From Halocafeteria seosinensis (Eukaryota), in contig LVLI01000097.1 of NCBI GenBank assembly GCA_001687465.1, positions 1 through 64,000 of the forward strand: DNA of 64,000 nucleotides, read 5' to 3'. The stretch's first letter is position 1; each line of letters starts with the position of its first letter. The notes under the pieces were generated by a model that ran no database searches, was not told the DNA's origin, and saw only the letters and a list, made by a program, of their open reading frames with translations. The position numbers and the translations under genes are program-made. Positions 1-11,336 of the stretch are shown here, piece by piece.

Positions 1-1611
1 CCCTAGAACGCACGTTGCTGCGCCACTAACACTATCTCCACCGTGCTTCGCTGCTCGTCCGTCATCAACTGTTATTGCACTCTGTGCTACCACCCAAGGA
101 GGTGCTGCCCCCTCCATAAACTCAATGCTAACGCTGGGAACTGCAGACAAGGCTGTTCAATACCTCCGTAACTTCATCGCTTTACCCTTTCGTTACGAGG
201 AACGATCCTTTTATTGCCCATCTCAGCGCAGATCCATAGCGTCTGGGCCACTGCATGTACATTCCTCCCAATATACATCACCCATATATGTATGTCCTTA
301 GCTATCAACAACGATGCTCGGTGGGGGCTTAGTTCCAGTTAGACTGGCGCAAAACACCATGCTCTCAAGAGAAATGCTCAGCTCATTCCGAAGTTTTTTC
401 CACACTCTATCTGTATAGAATCACCTCATATTGCAATGACGACCTGCTCTCTTCCATCTGCGATGAAACATAGGAATAACCTGTGTACCCCTGCCTCCTC
501 CTGGAGAGCCGAAAACTAAGTAGTCATACAAGCTTAATGACGGGACCTTCGTAAAGTAACAGGCGATACAAATGTGTTAAAAAAAAGGAAAATTACTATG
601 CCGTATCGATATTTGACAATCTTTCTATGGTGTCCATTTATGATTGTCTAGAGTCGCTTGGTACATTGGCAGAATCCCTTCCCTTGGCCCCCTGTCTCTC
701 CCAGCACATCCGCGGAATCTGCGGCCTGGATCTACCTGCTTCCGAACTGAAGGGGGAAGACATGAGCCGACGCAAGAGATAAAGCTTCCCCCAAAATGCT
801 CAAGGCCACCAACTTCAACACACGCCCAATTCTCATTTTCTACGCGTACATACGGAACGATTCAAAGCTAAAGCAGCATGGTCAATTAAAGGGTTTGAAT
901 GTATTACGCCTCAGAAACAATACGAATAATACAAATCGATATGCAGGAAGTGGCCTTTATTCCCCAAGGGGGCTTTAACCACCACACGGGAGGAACAACC
1001 GCAGGGAGCTTGCAGTCATTTCCAAGAAATATATAAGTTCAAGCAGCCTCTTCAAGTGGTTTTTGACAAGAGTTGCTCCGGCACAGTTCTAAGATGCCGC
1101 AGTTTCGATTTCTGCAAGAAATTCCATTGCTTGGATGATATCAATGAAGTGTTCACGCCCGTCAAGTCCTGAAACACATCCGACGGGTACTGTACGGTAT
1201 TCCTCGCAGTTAGAAAATCCAGATCCATGCAGGAAACAGCTGCCAACTCGTTTGTACTTATACAGTACAGTGTATTTCCTCCAACCCCCCCGCCCCCGCT
1301 CGGTACCGGGTACAGTGAGTGTTCTCAGATTCCTATTGTATATTTTGGGTCACTGGTTGTTTGGGACTGTGTCCTTTCAATGTTAGGATTGGACTAACAT
1401 GGCAACAACACTGAGAAACTTACTAACTGGGAAACTGATGAAATCACGCACATATGTAACCTGTTGACCGCATCCTCTTGATGAAACCCAACACATACTC
1501 CAGCGTCGGTAAGAATTCTGATGAATGGAATGCACTCGCTGAAAGTGCACTGGATACAAACGACGCTTAAGACGGTAAACACGCTTGGAGTAATACAAGC
1601 AGGTGCCGGTC

Positions 1612-1709
1612 CCAGGAATGGCAATAAGCCTCTAAAACATCTTTAACATGTTTTGAATCTCCAGGAATGGCAATAAGCCTCTAAAACATCTTTAACATGT
1701 TTTGAATCT
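1612..1709. repeat. Perfect 49-bp tandem duplication
   Basis: ccaggaatggcaataagcctctaaaacatctttaacatgttttgaatct occurs at 1612 and again at 1661. Confidence 0.95.
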
Positions 1710-2082
1710 CCAGTATCTTCGCCAAGAATACACGTAATCAAAGGAGAACAAACTGTACTCCTAGACGAGATCCCGAAGATACTCTTAGTTTCTATATATC
1801 TCTACTTACCAATCGGGGCAAACCGGGATACGGCAGTGCGGCACCCTAACAGGCTCGGAAAACTTGCGAAGCAAGTGCCAGGGATTTCTCAAAGCACCTC
1901 TTATAATTTCGATTGACTTCAGCGACGTAGTAAAGTATTAAAGCCCATTCTTTGTATATCGAAGTGTTTAGATTCAATTCTTGGAACGAAAGCAAATCTC
2001 TGCTACCTCTACCCTGACACTCAACCACCTGATAGTGACGACAGTTAAAGCCTTGGTTAACGTGGTCCCTTTGATCCACTGA

Positions 2083-3970
2083 CTATACTTGAGCATACCC
2101 TCGCTCTCCAGTAGCGTCAGGAACTGTCATAGGTTGATACGAACCGATATTGAGAGAGCCACCACAATAAGTCATAGCCAATACAATCAATGCGAGTGTA
2201 AACGCGGTCGCTGTAATGCCCACCACCACGCCTACGGCGTACACATGCGAGACCGACGGCGAGGAATTCGACTTGGGCCTGCCGCCGGTGGTTTCCTTGT
2301 TCTTTGGTTTGTCGGAGGAAGTAGAGTGGCCATGACCATGACTCTGCTTATCTCGTTTGTCGGATGTCGAATCACCCTTCGAGTCTCTTTTCGGAGGGTT
2401 CAAACCAGGACTTCGATTGAATTCAGTTTCATTCTCCGGTTTGCGGCAATTGGCAGGAGCGATGCCTAGTTTACCACTGCTAAGGTCGAACAGGTAGTCA
2501 TAGCTCATCATTGCGTTCGCACCTAGTAAGACGCGCTGGCGTCTGTCTGGATATACAGCAAGGCAATACGCCTTCCCCTGCTGGTCCCATACCATATTAA
2601 CGAATAGGTGATGTGGTGCGATAGTTATCGGTACGTTGCCGCTCAGGGTGATTGTTAAGGATGGAAAACTTGTTATGTTTTCCGGGTGGTCAAGTTTCCA
2701 GCACAAGCTTTCTCCCGATACCCTTGTTGCGTCTGCGCAAAATCTCGGTAGAGTTAAGGGACGCTGAAGCTATTGAAAACGTCTTATATTCACTTACGTG
2801 CTCCTCTGCAGTTATCGCTTTTCGAGCAAAAGTTTGCCACTCCTTTTTTGATACTCTCAAATTGTGACCGGGGTACCATAGTAAACGTTGTACCGCTATC
2901 GACGATACCAGAAAGAGTTTTCGAGGTAATTCTGGTCCCTGAGAGCTCCATGGAGCTTGCTTTGATTCCGTACGAACTGGTAGATTTCATTTTCGTCCAT
3001 TTCATATCGCTAGTGTGTAACTTCAAATTCGGACCTCCCAACCTCAATGAGCCACCTTTAAAATCAAGACACATCGAGAACTGGTTATTAGAAAGTTTCT
3101 TCGATTTCTTCAAAGCCGCAATAAAGCTTTGTTTCCTATTTGCAAGTCCGAGGATTCCATCAGCTAGTTGTTCATGGAACAGTTTCCCTCGTTCAATCGT
3201 ATGACACCCGAACGAGTATTTGATGCCATACATATCTTCCGAGTCTTTCCCAGGCGTGGGGAAATCTAAGAAAGTCACATCTTTATAGACCAGTCCCGAC
3301 AATTGGCTCCCTTCAGAGTAACGCTGTGAAACAAAGAGAGAATCATACGTGGACCAAGAAGACGTCGGGATCTCCTAAATGTAAATGTGTGCCACATACC
3401 TGGTTGTATGAACACTGGTTATGTTGGCGGTTGCACGATCCAAAGCAGTCTGCAGCCCTACATTTGACCTTCTCACTAGTAGAGCTTTTCGCGGGATCGT
3501 AGCGGTGTCCCTCGTGTTTTCCACATGTTTTACAGCCTTTACAAGGAAATGCCATCAAACTACTCCCCGTATCCACGATAACTGAAAATTTGGTCGCAGG
3601 GGTTCCCACCCACGCATCCGAGTAGAAATACCTGCAGACCAGAAAATTACCTGCATTTCACATACAATGTGAGTGAATGCTGACATGGTATTATCACGTA
3701 CGCAAGATCGCGAAAAGGTCCATTCACGGGAACGCTTTCCCAGAACAGGTTTCTGCTGCTTCGCGTGCCATTTTCTACCATTAAATCGCGCCAGGAGCGC
3801 GCTCCAAGAGGTTCTCCGTACTCATCTACTTGATGAGGCACTTGTATGCTGTGTCTTGAGAGCGTGAACACCTCGTGGGGCTCATTATAGTCCATATACG
3901 AACCTCCGCCGACTTGGAGAAAGGTCGCCACCAGGCAAACAGCGCTCAATCGCGTTACTAGCCATTCCAT
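2083..3970 (-). CDS. A1 aspartic protease, plasmepsin-V-like, with signal peptide and C-terminal TM helix (spliced, about 4 exons)
   Basis: Catalytic motifs IVDTGSS and IVDSGTT, Cys-rich insert FPCKGCKTCGKH, ADGILGL and LLGANAM. ORFs 3647-4033, 3343-3609, 2790-3302 and 2083-2706 can be joined by GT-AG introns. Start MEWLVTRL at 3970. Confidence 0.9.
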
Positions 3971-4449
3971 AGTCCGAAGCAAGGGTACGTGCATATATTT
4001 ATGGTCAATATTAAAGTTTTCTATGCAGTTCAACTCATCAATACCTTATCGTTATGGTCAACCTTGTTGCTGTCATCCAAGTGAGACGACGTGGGGGATG
4101 CACGTCTGTATCATAAAGCAGAAAAATATACAGGGGTCCCCTGAAGCTGGCGCTTCGCTGAATGGTAAAGGGTAATGAGTACTGAACCTGTGTTTGCCGA
4201 ATTCGTGTCGTTCATGTTCGTTAGTGAACCTTTAACTAGAGAAGTTATTAAAGAACGCGTAGGCAAAATACATGTAGAACAGGTGCCCGGAAGATCCGCC
4301 CGAATTCTGTGTGTAGCGAGAGGCATTACCCTGCTCAATATCATGTGGTATGAATTCGGAGACAGAATGAAGCTCGGTATATCAACAACACGCTCACTAA
4401 AGCTTGATCTTTCGAAGCTCACGTTGTCCTCTTACAGTATACGTTTCCC

Positions 4450-4691
4450 GTGTGTATTGGTATTGCTCCTACCGGAAGACGTGTCTGCTACGGGCTACGC
4501 TAAGCTGCGTGAGGGGTGAACCCTACCGAGAACCGGTCCAGCATCTTTACGTTGTGGCGCATCATCATGACTGACAGTTTGGCCGTCTTCAGCTTGCGCA
4601 AGTTCCGCATCCCCAGCGGAAGCCCCTTGGGGAACTTGATTGCGTCTTCCCCGAAGCCGTCCGTCGCCTCTATCGCGAACGGGATAATTTC
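4450..4691 (-). mobile_element. 3' fragment of CRE-like (RLE) non-LTR retrotransposon, copy 1
   Basis: Encodes EIIPFAIEATDGFGEDAIKF...KLSVMMMRHNVKMLDRF and carries the shared 3' end gtcttccggtaggagcaataccaatacacac. Confidence 0.8.
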
Positions 4692-4817
4692 CCCATCGTC
4701 GCCTGCAGTCCTACTATCCATGCTTCTTTCAATGCCACCAATTTGGGGTTATCGAGTATGGTTCTATTCCGTACATAATTTTCCTGAAATTGTTCATTAC
4801 CGTACAGTACTCCCAGG

Positions 4818-5062
4818 CAACGCTACGCCGTGTGATGGGTGAACCCTACCCGGAACCGGTCCAATATCTTCACGTTGTGGCACATCATCATGACTGACAG
4901 TTTGGCCGTCATCAGCTTGCACAGGTTCCGCATCTCCCTTGTTCCCCAGAGTGAACCCGGTGCTTTCCTGGCAATTCTCCTGAGGAAACTGAATTGTGTC
5001 TTCGCCGAAGCCGCCCGCCGCCTCTATCGCGAACGGGATAATTTCCGTGTGGTGGTCCCACT
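4818..5062 (-). mobile_element. CRE-like retrotransposon 3' fragment, copy 2
   Basis: HHTEIIPFAIEAAGGFGED..., frameshifted, high nucleotide similarity to the other copies; lacks the extreme 3' end. Confidence 0.8.
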
Positions 5063-5453
5063 CCGGAGGAGCGAGGCACAAGACGCTCTGAAAGGATACG
5101 TGTGAAGAACCTCATACTCACAAAGAGTCCGACTGTGGGTGAGCGCAGGGGTAGACAATGCACGAGGGCTCTGGTCGACGGCGTGAATATCCCCCAACTA
5201 CATTTCCACTTAGCCGGTAAATAATACACACTACTACTAGGGTAAGATGGATATGGTTCATGAAAACCACTCTCTGTTCGTCCCTTCTTCCCATTCTCTA
5301 TAGACCCGGATGGCTAACTATCAGTTCATTGTTCATTACGACCCAGGGCAGTGTAAGCTGTGTTCTTGGACGTACAATTCATTTACGTAGGCCTTCGGCT
5401 GTTTCCATAGCTGTTCTCCCCACGAAATGTCGTGTACTCCAATGTTACTTGCG

Positions 5454-8400
5454 CTACTGGTTTTTTCTAACTCTTCTTCTATGTCTCCGCACTCTAGCGG
5501 ACTTATAACCCATATTTTCTTTACGTGGCTGCTTTTGGTCGTCGAATAACGAAACAACAGGATTGAGGTGTTCACCTCCTTTCGGCCCTTGGACTTCAAT
5601 GGTTCGTAGCTGTTGCTTTGTTACTGTTACCTCGTGCTCCCGAGCAGCGGACGAGGACATTCCGCTCAGTCGGTCAGCATTTGTTTGCAAGAATGTTGTT
5701 CCTCTCCTCGAATGGAAGCGCTGGTCATCAGAGAGTTTCAGTGGGTTGTGCTGCAGAGATGCGGGGGGTTCTGTAGGATCGCTACTATTTTCTGGAACTC
5801 GTTTCCCACTTTCCAGCAAATCTCGCGCTATGCCTTTTGCTGCCCGTGCAATCTGTGGAGAAAGATATATTAGGATTGCCACTGTTAGTATGCTAAAAGC
5901 TCCTTGAATACCGAGTACCAAACGATTAAGAATTTCGGGGGAGAAAAACGTAGTGGCGGCCATCAGCGACTCCGATTGAACGACTTCCCATCTGACTATG
6001 CCAAGTGCAGAATTGAGAAGGCACGTAAAAATCATTATCGTTTGGAGATACTTCACTTGAACTTGGTAGTAAGGCGTCAGAAGAAGCAATCCGATGTAGG
6101 ACAGGCACAAAACCGTTGTCGTCAAAGCGAACTGCCCAAGAAGGGAAGAATACCAAACAGATATACTTATCAAGCCAACTTTCCGCACCATTATGAAAAT
6201 GTCCCAAAGGAAACCGTATGAATTCAATCGGTAGCCACCTATGAGCTTCCAGAACTGGAATGTTTTCGCAGGGGACGTTAGCTGAAAGTATTGTCTACAC
6301 AAAAACACTGCAAACAGGAATGGATATCCAAAAACGAAAATCGCCAAAACAGCGGTCGCCAATGCTTGTAAGACAGCATATTTTGGAGACTCAGCACGGA
6401 CGCTGAAATCTACGGCAGCTCGAAAGGAAGACCCTATCTGTTTAGGATATACTTGTACGCTTCGGAACGCTGCTTGGGTCACTGACATATGCAAGAGGTT
6501 AAAGAGTTGAACTCCTGCCCACATAGCATTACTCCACCATGTGTTTACCGAGAAGTAACTGTCGTTGCGCAGTTCCACTGCAAGTTCCACCAACAATTGA
6601 ATGGCTAAGACAAGGATTAGCACCATTGCCGGCATGCAAAGTGAAATTACCGCTATGGTATACCCGCTGACGTTGGTAATACATTGAAAAGAGCTTGATG
6701 CCGCCGGATTCATCGTCGCAGTTGAGGAAGCAGTATTGAATGGGGATGCAACTCCTTGAAACGGTGATATTTCCATCGTATGCAGAATCTGATTGATTTG
6801 AAGATAGTCCAAAAACAGGAACACCACATGTTGCATCGCTTTTAGCTGAACAACTGATGCTGTAGACGCGGTCTTATCACACCCCTTCTTCTCAGACTCA
6901 TTGGAAAACTTTTCGGACGAAATCGTTTCAGAATCCTTGTGCGCCCGATAGGAGACGGCAGTTGTAACTATTAATGCTACAACGATTGTTCCTGTAAAAA
7001 TTAGACCTTCTTTCCATTGTGGGCGGCATTTTCCACAGAGACCATCGCTTCCTCGTGTGTAGCCTTCTTTGCATTGGTCGCATACTGGCCCAGTGTAACC
7101 GTCGGTACAGTTGACTGCAAACGATTCGGGCTCGACAGCACAGGAAGCTGGAGGACTACACTGATGAAATCGTATAATATTATGGTGTCGTAGCTTGTTT
7201 ACCACGGCTTTTCTTGGCTCTTTCCGAGACGCGCATAAGTCACACCAGAATCCTTCCTCCAACAGGAGCTTTCCATTGGGACACCGAGCGCCGTCTCTAG
7301 GGCATGGAAAGCACTGCAAGCCTTGTGGTTCGGAAAAATGTCCCGTCGGGCAGGGACGACATGTCTCATCATTGTTCGCGTCCGGCATCACAGTCCCTGG
7401 TCTACAAGGAACACAGACTGATCCTTGGCGATCGCGTCTAAACCCCTTGTCGCAGACACACACCCTTCCAGAACTATCCGGAACCTCCCCATGACCAGGG
7501 CACGCAATCGGCTCTACCTGAATCATCACCGGAGAATTTTCTAGTGCTAATCCATTCAACGTTGCTTCTAAGGACACATTCCCACTCTGCTGGAGATGAA
7601 TAACGAAATTAAGACCATCTATCGTTTCAGCAGTTGCTGGACGGTCAAACTCTAGTTCCGCAACTGGGTGATCAGAGTTTCTTAGACCGCTTGACTCTAG
7701 CAGTAAGCAAGGTAAGCCCATGTGAGTCTGGTCTGCACTATTCGAAGTGCATGCCCATGCTGCTTCCGCAGGACCATATCGAAAGACATCCTTCAGTTGT
7801 ACTCGTCCCCGAAGAGACTTCCCACTTGTTGCCGTCTTTCGTTCCAGCTCGATCCTCGAATACGCTGATTGGGCTACTCCTGGAATATTCCGAAACTTCA
7901 CTGTCGGAGAGAAGATCTCTGCAGACCCAGAGGCCACCGTAGCCGGGAACGACACACCTACAGTTAAATGTAGAATGAAATTCGCATTGCCCAAGACTTC
8001 AACCGTTTTTGAACTGCCTCGAACAGGCAACGACAGAGTGTCGGAATGATATTCAAGCTCGATCCGGACGACACGAGAAACGCCAGGTTCCAAGTAATCA
8101 ATAACAGGGGAAAGGGACAACCAATCAGCTACACGCAACGTGTTTCTCTGGGGCTGTCGCAAACGAAGTGGCAATAGGCCCCGAGTTTGTAGTCCATTTG
8201 CTGTTTCGTGAACCGGCCTCACAGATGAGTTCTGATTAGCCTCAATGGCGATTCCTGTTACTTCTGTTCGAATTGTACTGAGCTCGGTGTTCACGATACT
8301 AATTGGAAGCTGTTGCCGCTGAAAAGGTCTTATGTGCACAACCTCGGCAAAGTGTTTACACGTGAATATAGATGAGACAGTATAGCTAATATGAACGACC

Positions 8401-11336
8401 ACGTCTGTTGTTTCCCTGTGGTGCTCCAGCGATCCAGGAATCACGTCGGCCAGAGAGGCTGGTAAACGAGCTCCCTCTAGTCTCCAAGCGCTTGTCCTTA
8501 AAATGAACCAGCATTTGAAGACCCCAAGTCCTGGAGCGTTTTGCGGGTGGAAGTTCATCATAAGCTCAGTACGCGACTGTCCGCTGATGTAGCCAGAGTC
8601 GGAGCCATCCAGTTCCACCCAGAATAGGGAAGGGTCGATCACCGGTATTCCACGATCTGTATAAATAGTGGCATTCCAACTTACTCCATGCGTTCCGCTG
8701 CTATACACCGATAGAGCCTGCTGAATGCTCCCCTCACTGCTACTTTGTACAACCTCCAAAGCCCTTTGGTCTACTGATGCCACCGCGTCTCTTACATTCA
8801 AGATAAATGGGACGGATATCACTTTGGTGTCTTCGTTGTTGGGTTGGGAGAATGTGACGTTAATGTATGAGTCTAGCCATCCTTCCGGTAGGGAGGTCAC
8901 GTGCACGAAGATGTCGCGTGAGACAACTGCTACGTCGGTGATAGAAATGAAACTCTCCGCTACTGGTGTTTCAATGTAATCTTTCAATTCTGTCGACGGG
9001 ATCCAAGAAACCCGTGTTTCTGGCTCCACTGTAAGAGATACAGTTTTCTTGACCTGTCGACTACTTCCGCGTTGTCGCTTGAGTGCCACCATCAAGCTTT
9101 CGGGTTCGACAGATACTAGGCTTTCGGGTTCTTCTTTAAGATTAGCCAAGGTCTCGGTCGGGACATCAGTGGTGACATTATAAGATGCACGCGTAAGCGT
9201 TTCACCGTCTACAATAACACTCGTTTGAAGCGGGAAAATAATTGGAGCCGAATATTGGGTTTCCTCAAGGAGCCTTCCAGCCGAAGGAATACCACGAACG
9301 ACAGCGTGTTTTCGAAGAAGCTGCTCTGCGTTCGATGACATGCGCAGGTATCCTTCGTATGCAAACTCACGGCACTGTCGTTTCGTCCTCTGACGTCCAT
9401 AACATGTCTCATTAGTCAGCATTTTCACCTGGGTCTCTACGGGAGGTGTTACGTCTAAAGAGGAATCTGCGAACCCTGGATCGCATCCATAAAACAGAAA
9501 ATTTTCTAAGTGCTGTCGACTTAATTGGTGACTTAGTCTGGGGTCACAGAAGCTATGAAGCTGCGGTAGATTACCGGTCGAGCTTTGAGCAGAGTATGAA
9601 AACACTTTCAAATAGCGATGACCTTCACCAACCTGCTGTAAATGTACATCCGGATCATACAAAAATGAAGCACAGTTGAATGGCTCGGCTCTCCCACAAC
9701 CGGACTGCAGTCGTCTTGAACTATTCTTTAACAACTGCCGAGAGGACGGTGTCGCTGTGGGGGTGCATGACGCTGAGGCAGTACGAGTGTAGCTAGGCGT
9801 AATCGTCCTGGAAGCAGTGGATGTTGCGGATTCTGTAGCGGTGTTAGTAAGCGAAGGCGTTGACGATGAGCTTGAAGTAACTGAAGAAGTTCTCGAGGCT
9901 GTAACGGAGCCAGTAGAGGTAACCGACGGTGTCCCGGAAGAGGTGGCAGTCATTGACGCGGTGCTGGAGGATGTAGGTGTAACTGTTGGGGTAATCGACG
10001 GCAATGCTGTTCCAGCAGGCTGTACTCGGTGAATATTACGTAATTCCGGATATTTGCCGGGAAGCCGAATGAACCATAACTGTGTTGGCCAGCCTGGATA
10101 CAGTTTGTCCCGGATGTCATCGAGATTCCCTGAAGAGCGGCTGGGATTCAGGGTAACTCCACCCATAGTTACTCCCATCAAACTTCCTCCCGTGCTCGAA
10201 TCGTATACACAACGTTGCACGTATATAGTTCCTTGTTGTCCGCCTGCTATAAGCCCACCACTGGTACTCGCATATTCCGGAGAAATTCTTCCAGAGCTGT
10301 ACACGTTCACAATGTTAACCACTCCGCTATTTTGAGCAGCTCTAAGCCCACATATACCACCGGACTCGATGTCGAGAATATTGCCCGTACAGTAGCAATT
10401 TGCAATGTCGCATTTCCCGCTATGGCCTGCTCCTTTTCCTGTAATTCCACCAGATCTCGTACTCTCAATGTCTCCTGCAGAGAAGCACTCAGTTACCTTC
10501 GCATGCCCAAAGTAGCCTGCATTTCCTCCAATAATTCCTCCGCTTTCACTATTGATGACCGGCCCAAAAGAATACGATCTGGAGATATGAACGAAGCCTG
10601 AACTTCTTCCTGCTGTAGATCCGCAAATGCCCCCAGCTCTTCCACCGTCAATAGCACCTTCAGAAAAGCAAGCAGTAATTCTTATCACCCCTCCTTTACC
10701 AGCCGAATATCCACATATCCCACCTGCACCGCCGCCGAAAATTGGGCCTCGAGAGAAACAATCAGAAACCTCCACCTCCCCACCTTGCCCTGAGTAGGAG
10801 CCGATGATACCACCAGCAGCTTTCTCGATAGTACCTGTGGAACTGCACGAGTACACACGGACATACGTTTGGGAACGCTGAACAATAAATCCATCTCCTT
10901 CATTGCTGCTGGGACCAAGGATCCAGGTTCTAGCTCCCAATGTGTGAACCCGCCGTATCACTGGGCTTTCCATATAGGAGGTTATACCGTCAGTTGTAAA
11001 GAGGCCATGCACTTCACCCAGAGAAGACATGTTGACAACAAAATCGTTGCCGTCGAAACTCTCTCCGCTCTTTAGTGAGATATAGTTCTCACCTGTGGTC
11101 CAGACAATATCAGTTAACTGTTGGAATGCTAGCGTACTGGCGTTGTAGTGAATGTTGGCATAGTTTCCATCCAAGATAGTGCTTCTTAAGTCACTAGCGC
11201 AACAGAAACTAATTGAATACATTAGTAGCATAGGTAGAACATCCATCAAGTGCAAATGCGACCGGGTGCGTACTTCAGACATTGGTATTCTCCGGATTCG
11301 GATTCGACAGTTGCGACTTTGACTCTTGACTGACAT
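5454..11336 (-). CDS. Large cell-surface protein: GLUG-like Gly-rich repeats, Ser/Thr stalk, beta-rich region, Cys-rich (GCC2/TNFR-like) repeats, multi-TM C-terminus
   Basis: 1960-aa uninterrupted ORF. Hydrophobic N-terminal segment (true start may be a downstream Met), about 7 repeats of CFSxGxI...GGI(C/I)G, TPSxT-rich linker, CxPCxPG/CxxCP repeats, NCTDGYTGPVCDQC, then about 8-9 hydrophobic helices. Confidence 0.85.
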   Translation of the reverse strand: MSVKSQSRNCRIRIRRIPMSEVRTRSHLHLMDVLPMLLMYSISFCCASDLRSTILDGNYANIHYNASTLAFQQLTDIVWTTGENYISLKSGESFDGNDFVVNMSSLGEVHGLFTTDGITSYMESPVIRRVHTLGARTWILGPSSNEGDGFIVQRSQTYVRVYSCSSTGTIEKAAGGIIGSYSGQGGEVEVSDCFSRGPIFGGGAGGICGYSAGKGGVIRITACFSEGAIDGGRAGGICGSTAGRSSGFVHISRSYSFGPVINSESGGIIGGNAGYFGHAKVTECFSAGDIESTRSGGITGKGAGHSGKCDIANCYCTGNILDIESGGICGLRAAQNSGVVNIVNVYSSGRISPEYASTSGGLIAGGQQGTIYVQRCVYDSSTGGSLMGVTMGGVTLNPSRSSGNLDDIRDKLYPGWPTQLWFIRLPGKYPELRNIHRVQPAGTALPSITPTVTPTSSSTASMTATSSGTPSVTSTGSVTASRTSSVTSSSSSTPSLTNTATESATSTASRTITPSYTRTASASCTPTATPSSRQLLKNSSRRLQSGCGRAEPFNCASFLYDPDVHLQQVGEGHRYLKVFSYSAQSSTGNLPQLHSFCDPRLSHQLSRQHLENFLFYGCDPGFADSSLDVTPPVETQVKMLTNETCYGRQRTKRQCREFAYEGYLRMSSNAEQLLRKHAVVRGIPSAGRLLEETQYSAPIIFPLQTSVIVDGETLTRASYNVTTDVPTETLANLKEEPESLVSVEPESLMVALKRQRGSSRQVKKTVSLTVEPETRVSWIPSTELKDYIETPVAESFISITDVAVVSRDIFVHVTSLPEGWLDSYINVTFSQPNNEDTKVISVPFILNVRDAVASVDQRALEVVQSSSEGSIQQALSVYSSGTHGVSWNATIYTDRGIPVIDPSLFWVELDGSDSGYISGQSRTELMMNFHPQNAPGLGVFKCWFILRTSAWRLEGARLPASLADVIPGSLEHHRETTDVVVHISYTVSSIFTCKHFAEVVHIRPFQRQQLPISIVNTELSTIRTEVTGIAIEANQNSSVRPVHETANGLQTRGLLPLRLRQPQRNTLRVADWLSLSPVIDYLEPGVSRVVRIELEYHSDTLSLPVRGSSKTVEVLGNANFILHLTVGVSFPATVASGSAEIFSPTVKFRNIPGVAQSAYSRIELERKTATSGKSLRGRVQLKDVFRYGPAEAAWACTSNSADQTHMGLPCLLLESSGLRNSDHPVAELEFDRPATAETIDGLNFVIHLQQSGNVSLEATLNGLALENSPVMIQVEPIACPGHGEVPDSSGRVCVCDKGFRRDRQGSVCVPCRPGTVMPDANNDETCRPCPTGHFSEPQGLQCFPCPRDGARCPNGKLLLEEGFWCDLCASRKEPRKAVVNKLRHHNIIRFHQCSPPASCAVEPESFAVNCTDGYTGPVCDQCKEGYTRGSDGLCGKCRPQWKEGLIFTGTIVVALIVTTAVSYRAHKDSETISSEKFSNESEKKGCDKTASTASVVQLKAMQHVVFLFLDYLQINQILHTMEISPFQGVASPFNTASSTATMNPAASSSFQCITNVSGYTIAVISLCMPAMVLILVLAIQLLVELAVELRNDSYFSVNTWWSNAMWAGVQLFNLLHMSVTQAAFRSVQVYPKQIGSSFRAAVDFSVRAESPKYAVLQALATAVLAIFVFGYPFLFAVFLCRQYFQLTSPAKTFQFWKLIGGYRLNSYGFLWDIFIMVRKVGLISISVWYSSLLGQFALTTTVLCLSYIGLLLLTPYYQVQVKYLQTIMIFTCLLNSALGIVRWEVVQSESLMAATTFFSPEILNRLVLGIQGAFSILTVAILIYLSPQIARAAKGIARDLLESGKRVPENSSDPTEPPASLQHNPLKLSDDQRFHSRRGTTFLQTNADRLSGMSSSAAREHEVTVTKQQLRTIEVQGPKGGEHLNPVVSLFDDQKQPRKENMGYKSARVRRHRRRVRKNQ

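Noticed and set aside
1050..1250. YHPSNG on the minus strand resembling a retroviral integrase motif
   Set aside because: Needs frameshifts, shows no DDE spacing, and another frame reads equally protein-like.
4111..4440. ORFs on both strands beside the retrotransposon relic
   Set aside because: No recognisable motif and no splice support.
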